Below, in pieces: positions 59,272-64,000 of a stretch of 64,000 nt of DNA. Position numbers and translations under genes: made by a program. Source of the stretch: an uncultured Lachnospiraceae bacterium (lineage in GTDB: Bacteria; Bacillota; Clostridia; Lachnospirales; Lachnospiraceae); contig CAJUFN010000005.1 in assembly GCA_910585545.1 (NCBI GenBank), positions 28,954 to 92,953 of the forward strand, written 5' to 3'. Below the pieces are notes generated by a model. That model worked only from the letters and a program-made list of their open reading frames with translations, was not told the origin of the DNA and made no database searches. Numbering within the stretch: position 1 is the first letter of the stretch; every line of letters begins with the position of its first letter.

Positions 59272-60771
59272 TTAGACTTCTTTCAGTCTTTCCTCTATCG
59301 CCTCTATCACTGTTTTCAATACTTTTATCCGTGCATAATATTTACAGTTTCCTTCCACAACGATCCACGGAGCATTTTTCGTAGACGTCCGAAGAATCAT
59401 CTCATTTACCGCCTCCTCGTAAAGCTCCCATTTTTCACGGTTTCTCCAGTCCTCGTCCGTGATCTTCCATTGTTTTTCCGGGTTTTCCTGTCTTGCCTTG
59501 AAGCGCCTCTCCTGCTCATTTTTGTCAATGTGCATCCAGAATTTAAGTACGATCGCTCCGGCATCCGTAAGGTCTCTCTCCATATCATTGATTTCTTTAT
59601 AAGCTCTTTGCCATTCTGCTTTCGTACAGAATCCCTCGATCCGCTCCACCATCACACGACCATACCAGGTCCGGTCAAAAATCGTCACATGTCCCGCTTT
59701 TGGCATATCTACCCAGAATCGCCACAGGTAATGATGCGCTTTCTCAATATCATTCGGAGATGCCGTCGGATGTACCACATACCCTCTCGGATCCATCTTT
59801 TCAGTCAGGCGTTTGATCGCACCGCCTTTTCCTCCCGCATCCCATCCTTCGAATCCAAGTACCACTGGAATTCTTCTTCGGTACAACTCTCCATGCAGTT
59901 TCTCTATCTTCTTTTGCAGCTTCGACAACTGTTCTTTATATTCTTCCTTTGTATAAGCAAGACCTAAGTCTGCTCTATTCAGAATAGATTCTCCAAGTAC
60001 TTTGTCTTTAGACAATTCTTTGATGCCCCGTTCTTCTGCGTTTCCTTCTTTACGTTTCTTGGCTTCCTCCACTCTTTCCTTGAGAACCTGACACACAATA
60101 TCATAAATCTTAGCCGTGGCAAATCTTCTGTCCGTCGCCTCTACAATATGCCATGGTGCGCAATCCATATCGGTACGGCTAAGCATTTCCTCATTGATTG
60201 CCTCATATTTCTTAAATTTCTTATTGCGCTTTAAATCTCCTTTACTCACACGCCATGCCGTCTCTTCTGACTCGAGGAGCTTATCAAAACGCTTTCTTTG
60301 TTCCTCTTTATCAATGGCAAGAAAAATCTTAATAATCACCATTCCATCCGCCGTCAACTGCTCTTCAAAAGAACAGATAGAAGCAAATTCTCTTTCCACC
60401 TTTTCTTTCTTCGTCTTCTTGTCGAAACGATCCACGAGCACCTTACGATACCAGCTGCTGTCATAGATTGCAATCCGTCCCTTCGCAGGCATCTTTGTCC
60501 AGAATCTCCACAAAAACGGATGCAGTTTTTCCTCTTGGGTCTCGGTCTTAACCGCATATACTTCAAATCCACGAGGATCTAAGGCCTTAATTAATTCTCC
60601 GATCTGGACTCCTTTTCCTGCAGCGCCATACCCCTCAAATGCAATCATAACCGGAATTCCAAGTTCCTTACATTCCCTCTGCAATGTTCCAAGTTTCGGC
60701 ACCAATAACTCCATCTTCTCTTTGTAGTTTTCTTTTTCTAACGTTTTCGCCAAATCCAGCTTTTCCAACAT
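59272..60771 (-). CDS. ppk2: Two-domain polyphosphate kinase 2 family protein (polyphosphate:AMP/NMP phosphotransferase type)
   Basis: It has two PPK2 repeats, each with a Walker A-like motif (FEGYGAAGKG and FEGWDAGGKGG) and WRFW lid motifs. The protein is 499 aa. Confidence 0.85.
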   Translation of the reverse strand: MLEKLDLAKTLEKENYKEKMELLVPKLGTLQRECKELGIPVMIAFEGYGAAGKGVQIGELIKALDPRGFEVYAVKTETQEEKLHPFLWRFWTKMPAKGRIAIYDSSWYRKVLVDRFDKKTKKEKVEREFASICSFEEQLTADGMVIIKIFLAIDKEEQRKRFDKLLESEETAWRVSKGDLKRNKKFKKYEAINEEMLSRTDMDCAPWHIVEATDRRFATAKIYDIVCQVLKERVEEAKKRKEGNAEERGIKELSKDKVLGESILNRADLGLAYTKEEYKEQLSKLQKKIEKLHGELYRRRIPVVLGFEGWDAGGKGGAIKRLTEKMDPRGYVVHPTASPNDIEKAHHYLWRFWVDMPKAGHVTIFDRTWYGRVMVERIEGFCTKAEWQRAYKEINDMERDLTDAGAIVLKFWMHIDKNEQERRFKARQENPEKQWKITDEDWRNREKWELYEEAVNEMILRTSTKNAPWIVVEGNCKYYARIKVLKTVIEAIEERLKEV

Positions 60772-60863
60772 AAAAATAACCTCCTCTCACACCTTTAGAA
60801 GATTCCCCGCGCAAATCTTCCTTAATCAAAAGTTTTTCTATGTCTATTATACACTATTTCTAA

Positions 60864-60888
60864 ATACAAAAAAATACCGGAATCCCTT
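60864..60888. repeat. Direct repeat copy 1 (att-like) at the left edge of the caspase islet
   Basis: The sequence atacaaaaaaataccggaatccctt is identical to 62802-62826 except for one extra A in the A-run of the second copy. Confidence 0.8.
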
Positions 60889-61030
60889 GATTTTATAGTG
60901 ATAAGGAAGTATAGAAACTAACTTATTATTAACGCTAGTAAACAGAGTGCAAAAAAGAATGTATGATTGATAGCTACCCATAAAACAGTATAAACAAACT
61001 GATACTAAAGTAGTTATCTTATGAATTAAG

Positions 61031-61080
61031 AAGCAAAATGGGTATATTACTAATAATGATATGTCCATTTTGCTTATTTT
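61031..61080 (+). terminator. Hairpin plus T-rich tract upstream of the caspase-like gene (insulating terminator or regulatory inverted repeat)
   Basis: The sequence aagcaaaatgg-(23 nt)-ccattttgctt forms a perfect 11-bp stem and is followed by atttta. Confidence 0.4.
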
Positions 61081-61101
61081 AATGATTTGTATTCTGAAAT
61101 A

Positions 61102-61130
61102 TAGGAAAACGCAGATTTCTATGTTATGAT
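61102..61130 (+). promoter_or_regulatory. Candidate extended -10 promoter of the caspase-like gene
   Basis: TGtTATGAT lies at 61122-61130 and a weak -35, TAGGAA, at 61102-61107. The RBS agggtagg lies before the ATG at 61179. Confidence 0.35.
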
Positions 61131-61178
61131 ACAAACAAAAATTTGCAAAGTAATAACGCTAAAGGGTAGGTAGTAAAT

Positions 61179-62699
61179 ATGGGAACAACAAAAGTATTAT
61201 TAGTTGGAGTGTGTGAATATTTAACAGTTAAGTGTCCTTCTTTGCCTATGTGCAAAAATGATTTGTATGCAATGAGGACGGCTCTCGTCAAAGGGTTAAA
61301 TATAAGCCCAAACAATATATATTTGTGTGGCGAAACGGGCATTGTAACAAAGAATGATTTTATTGCATCAATACACACTACACTTAAAGATATATCGGAA
61401 AATGATACATTCATTTTTTACTTTACTGGTCACGGTGGAAAAAATTGCTTAGTATTGAGTGATGGTTTGATTGAGTTACAAGATCTGCTTAATACAATAG
61501 GGCAAATACAAACTAAAAATAAGATTGCCATTATAGATAGTTGTCATTCGGGTGATTTTTCACTTGAAAACATTCCAACGATAGACATTGATGAAACGGT
61601 TGAACATTTTGCCGGACGCGGTTTTGCGGTTTTGGCTTCTTGTGGTGCTGAGCAATATTCTGGATTTAACGAAAATAAGGAAATTAGCTTATATACAAGT
61701 TTTGTATGTGATGCATTAACTGATCGTTTTTTGATTAGAAGAGGAAAGAAATCCTTGGAAACAATAAATGAAGCAATATTTCGTTTTGCAGAAGTTTCAA
61801 ATAAAAAAGGGAAGCATAATTTTCAGCAACCAATATTTCGCTCAAGCATAGGCGGAACTATATTTTTTGATGTTGAAGAATACAATCCCTACAAAATTGC
61901 AAAAGTATATGAAGAAACAGATAGCTATATTATTTATAATGTTGAACCAGTACATCATGCCGGTGTAAAAAGGTTATCTGCTAAAATAATTTTGCGTTTT
62001 CAAAGTTCGATGGAACAAATTGCTGAAATTGCAACAGAGATAAAAAATAAAGTACTTTATTATGACGTATACCAGAATGAAATTGCAGAAGCCCGTTATA
62101 AAGGGCGTGCAGCAAATATCATATGGTGCTATTTTGGTTATGATGAAGATGATATGGTTGATTGTAATTTTATTTGCCATTCTACATGGGTTGATGATAC
62201 ACAAGACAAAAAACATTGGTATCGTACATCAAAAAACACTATCGTTGCAAAGGGAGTTCACATTGATGTACACGGTTCATATGAGTCAATAAAGAACTTA
62301 AAAGATAACACCTTGGATAAGGATGAATTGATTCAAATTACAAGGGAATATACCGCTAATATTATATCAGTAGCCGAACAATACATCAAAATATTTAGAA
62401 AGTATCTCAATAACACTATAACCGAAGAAGAATTGATTGATAGCGTTGTTCCTCTTAATATTGAAATCTTAAAATGGTTTTTGAAACAAAACGCTTTACC
62501 AATACCTCCAAAGGAGTTGCATGATTGGGCACATATACACAAAAAACTTTCCTGTACAATACATGATTTTTCTCTTTTTTACGATAAGAAAAATTTAAAG
62601 ACATGGCAAAGCAAAAATAGAAAATGGTTATTACAAAACGCAATCGAGCAATATGAACTGGAATTAGAAGAATTAAAAGAAGCAGATAAGTTAATTTAA
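61179..62699 (+). CDS. Caspase-like (peptidase C14 / metacaspase-type) protein with an uncharacterised 275-aa C-terminal domain
   Basis: The ORF is 506 aa. It has KVLLVGVCEY (beta-1), FIFYFTGHGG (His85, codon 61431-61433), KIAIIDSCHSGDF (Cys122, codon 61542-61544), AVLASCGAEQ and QQPIF. Residues from about 235 to 506 have no motif I recognise. The sequence is AT-rich. Confidence 0.75.
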   Translation: MGTTKVLLVGVCEYLTVKCPSLPMCKNDLYAMRTALVKGLNISPNNIYLCGETGIVTKNDFIASIHTTLKDISENDTFIFYFTGHGGKNCLVLSDGLIELQDLLNTIGQIQTKNKIAIIDSCHSGDFSLENIPTIDIDETVEHFAGRGFAVLASCGAEQYSGFNENKEISLYTSFVCDALTDRFLIRRGKKSLETINEAIFRFAEVSNKKGKHNFQQPIFRSSIGGTIFFDVEEYNPYKIAKVYEETDSYIIYNVEPVHHAGVKRLSAKIILRFQSSMEQIAEIATEIKNKVLYYDVYQNEIAEARYKGRAANIIWCYFGYDEDDMVDCNFICHSTWVDDTQDKKHWYRTSKNTIVAKGVHIDVHGSYESIKNLKDNTLDKDELIQITREYTANIISVAEQYIKIFRKYLNNTITEEELIDSVVPLNIEILKWFLKQNALPIPPKELHDWAHIHKKLSCTIHDFSLFYDKKNLKTWQSKNRKWLLQNAIEQYELELEELKEADKLI

Positions 62700-62801
62700 G
62701 TATATTTTTTGTTACGCAATAGAACGCCATTTTTGAGAACCGACACATAAAAAGTTAATATATTATAATGCCCCATGCTTGCCCCATTTTCATTTTTTAC
62801 A

Positions 62802-62826
62802 TACAAAAAAAATACCGGAATCCCTT
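62802..62826. repeat. Direct repeat copy 2 (att-like); forms the 3' arm and U-tract of the tRNA-Leu terminator
   Basis: The sequence is atacaaaaaaaataccggaatccctt. See copy 1 at 60864-60888. Confidence 0.8.
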
Positions 62827-62846
62827 ATCTTATAAGGTTTCCGGTA
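62805..62846 (-). terminator. tRNA-Leu intrinsic terminator
   Basis: The minus strand reads UACCGGAA-ACCUUAUAAGAUAAGGG-AUUCCGGUA, a long hairpin, followed by U8. Confidence 0.75.
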
Positions 62847-62857
62847 TTTTGGTTGAA

Positions 62858-62942
62858 TGCGGAAGATGGGACTTGAACCCACACGATCGCATTGATCACA
62901 AGATCCTTAGTCTTGCTCGTCTGCCAGTTCCGACACTTCCGC
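62858..62942 (-). tRNA. tRNA-Leu, type II, anticodon AAG as read by eye (no encoded CCA)
   Basis: The acceptor stem is GCGGAAG/CUUCCGC and the D-loop GGAACUGGCAGAC is typical of Leu. The anticodon stem CAAGA/UCUUG carries the loop CUAAGGA, placing the anticodon at 62908-62906. The variable arm is GAUC-AAUGC-GAUC, the T-arm GUGGG-UUCAAGU-CCCAU, and the discriminator is A. Confidence 0.85.
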
Positions 62943-62959
62943 GCGTCTCAACAAAAAAT

Positions 62960-62988
62960 ATTCTACTATAAAGTTTTCTCTATGTCAA
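62960..62988 (-). promoter_or_regulatory. Near-consensus sigma-A promoter of tRNA-Leu
   Basis: The minus strand reads TTGACA, a 17-nt spacer, then TAGAAT, ending about 18 nt upstream of the mature tRNA 5' end. Confidence 0.7.
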
Positions 62989-63076
62989 TACTTTTTTTAA
63001 TTTTTTTCTATCTTTGCCGGAAGAATCTTTCTTCCAGCAAAGGTATATAAACTTACTTAAATCTATCAAACATGTA

Positions 63077-63433
63077 TTAAGCTAATTTTGCTTTTGCTGT
63101 TTCTGCCAATGCTGCAAAACCTGCTGCATCGTTTACAGCCATCTCAGCTAACATTTTTCTGTTCATTTCAATATTAGCTAATTTTAATCCATACATAAAT
63201 CTGCTGTAAGATAATCCATTCATTCTTGCTGCAGCATTGATACGAGCAATCCAAAGCTGTCTCATCTGACGTTTGCGCTGTTTTCTTCCTGCGTATGCGC
63301 TTGTCAAAGCTCTCATTACAGACTGTTTTGCAATTCTGTACTGTTTTGATCTTGCTCCTCTATAACCTTTAGCCAGTTTTAAAGTTCTGTTATGTTTTTT
63401 TCTAGCGTTCATTCCGCCTTTAATTCTTGCCAT
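63077..63433 (-). CDS. rplT: 50S ribosomal protein L20
   Basis: The sequence begins [37 protein letters not shown]... Confidence 0.95.
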   Translation of the reverse strand: MARIKGGMNARKKHNRTLKLAKGYRGARSKQYRIAKQSVMRALTSAYAGRKQRKRQMRQLWIARINAAARMNGLSYSRFMYGLKLANIEMNRKMLAEMAVNDAAGFAALAETAKAKLA

Positions 63434-63469
63434 CTCTTCTTAATCCTCCTTCAATTGTTTATCTACATC

Positions 63470-63667
63470 TTACAGGTATGGTAAGATTTTCTTCATATTC
63501 TTAACATTAGATGCATCTGTAACAGTTGTTTGTCTAAGATTTCTTTTTCTCTTAGTAGATTTTTTCGTTAAGATATGGCTTTTATAAGCTTTCGCTCTTT
63601 TTAATTTTCCTGTACCTGTTACTTTGAAACGTTTTGCAGCTGCTCTGCTTGTTTTTATTTTTGGCAT
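63470..63667 (-). CDS. rpmI: 50S ribosomal protein L35
   Basis: The sequence begins [24 protein letters not shown]... The start is at the internal ATG, which has the RBS GAAGGAGGAA. The ORF-track start at 63697 is probably too long. Confidence 0.93.
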   Translation of the reverse strand: MPKIKTSRAAAKRFKVTGTGKLKRAKAYKSHILTKKSTKRKRNLRQTTVTDASNVKNMKKILPYL

Positions 63668-63721
63668 GATATATTCCTCCTTCATCTTATGAGTCATTCA
63701 TACATGACTTATTATTTATGT

Positions 63722-64000
63722 TTAACGTTTTTCAGTTAAAACCATGCTCATACTTCTTCCTTCCATCTTTGCCGGCTTCTCCACCACAGCAATGTCTTCC
63801 AACATTTTTGCGAAATCATCCAAAATATGTTTGCTGGTCTGTGCATGTGCCATCTCTCTTCCTCGGAAGCGAAGCGTCACTTTCACTTTATTTCCTTTTG
63901 TAATAAATTTTCTTGCGTTATTCACTTTTGTATTCAAGTCATTGCCTTCAATATTAGGTGACAGACGCACTTCCTTTACTTCAACAACTTTTTGTTTCTT
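63722..64000 (-). CDS. infC: Translation initiation factor IF-3, C-terminal part (5' end beyond the window)
   Basis: The C-domain reads ...NDLNTKVNNARKFITKGNKVKVTLRFRGREMAH... The infC-rpmI-rplT order is canonical. Confidence 0.9.
   Translation of the reverse strand, partial: KKQKVVEVKEVRLSPNIEGNDLNTKVNNARKFITKGNKVKVTLRFRGREMAHAQTSKHILDDFAKMLEDIAVVEKPAKMEGRSMSMVLTEKR

Noticed and set aside
59182-59967. A long (261-aa) plus-strand ORF lies antisense to ppk2. Similar long antisense ORFs occur at 29091-29699, 47873-48466, 46419-47051, 22494-23012, 54240-54770, 55839-56417, 51961-52482 and 8551-9030.
   Set aside because: Each one lies entirely inside a confidently recognised gene on the other strand. 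They have low-complexity or biased composition (F/L/S/I/C/H-rich), no RBS and no recognisable motif. These are typical shadow ORFs of AT-rich genomes.
60847-61134. A hydrophobic 95-aa minus-strand ORF inside the caspase islet, considered as a possible partner or immunity membrane protein.
   Set aside because: It runs across the left direct repeat into the ppk2 upstream region. It has no RBS and an F/I/L/Y-rich composition expected from AT-rich non-coding DNA. It also contains the 61031-61075 hairpin.
63006-63036. A strong 13-bp hairpin (ctttgccggaaga/tcttccagcaaag) downstream of rplT, considered as the operon terminator.
   Set aside because: On the rplT-sense strand it is followed by an A-rich tract, not a U-rich one, so it does not fit a canonical intrinsic terminator. 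It may be an RNA-stabilising or processing stem. I therefore did not list it as a terminator.

Overview
This 64-kb chromosomal segment comes from a low-GC, spore-forming Firmicute. It looks Clostridia or Lachnospiraceae-like, based on spoIVA, a T-box leader, pgsA-rimO and dnaG-rpoD gene order, and a GH84 surface glycosidase. Every call rests on reading the supplied ORF translations and the DNA by eye, with no searches run.

Most of the window is housekeeping and mainly on the minus strand:
- rimO-pgsA-cinA and yicC-gmk-rpoZ
- a folC-folE-HD-folP-folBK folate operon
- glyA, pheA and pyrBI
- RNase P RNA, rnhA and spoIVA
- gpsA-plsY-der
- aroF-aroB-aroE behind a T-box leader
- ilvB-ilvD-leuB, yajC-tgt and aroC-potABCD
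- ppk2-dgt-dnaG-rpoD-trmK-nif3
- tRNA-Leu and infC-rpmI-rplT

Two AT-rich accessory patches interrupt this backbone:
1. At about 12.46-15.66 kb there is a decayed Tn916-type xis/int remnant. Beside it sit an orphan secreted protein with a putative Cys-His domain and a frameshifted small ORF.
2. At about 60.86-62.83 kb there is a 1.9-kb single-gene islet encoding a caspase-like (peptidase C14-type His/Cys dyad) protein with an unrecognisable 275-aa C-terminal domain. It is bracketed by about 25-bp direct repeats that duplicate part of the tRNA-Leu terminator. This is my best candidate for an undescribed, possibly defence or abortive-infection, module.

Secondary points of interest:
- the tRNA-Leu reads as anticodon AAG (A34)
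- an HD-domain gene is embedded in the folate operon
- a GNAT-TM-RsiV-like ectodomain fusion
- a PotC-PotD fusion
- a Phe-type T-box with an unusual discriminator-pairing base
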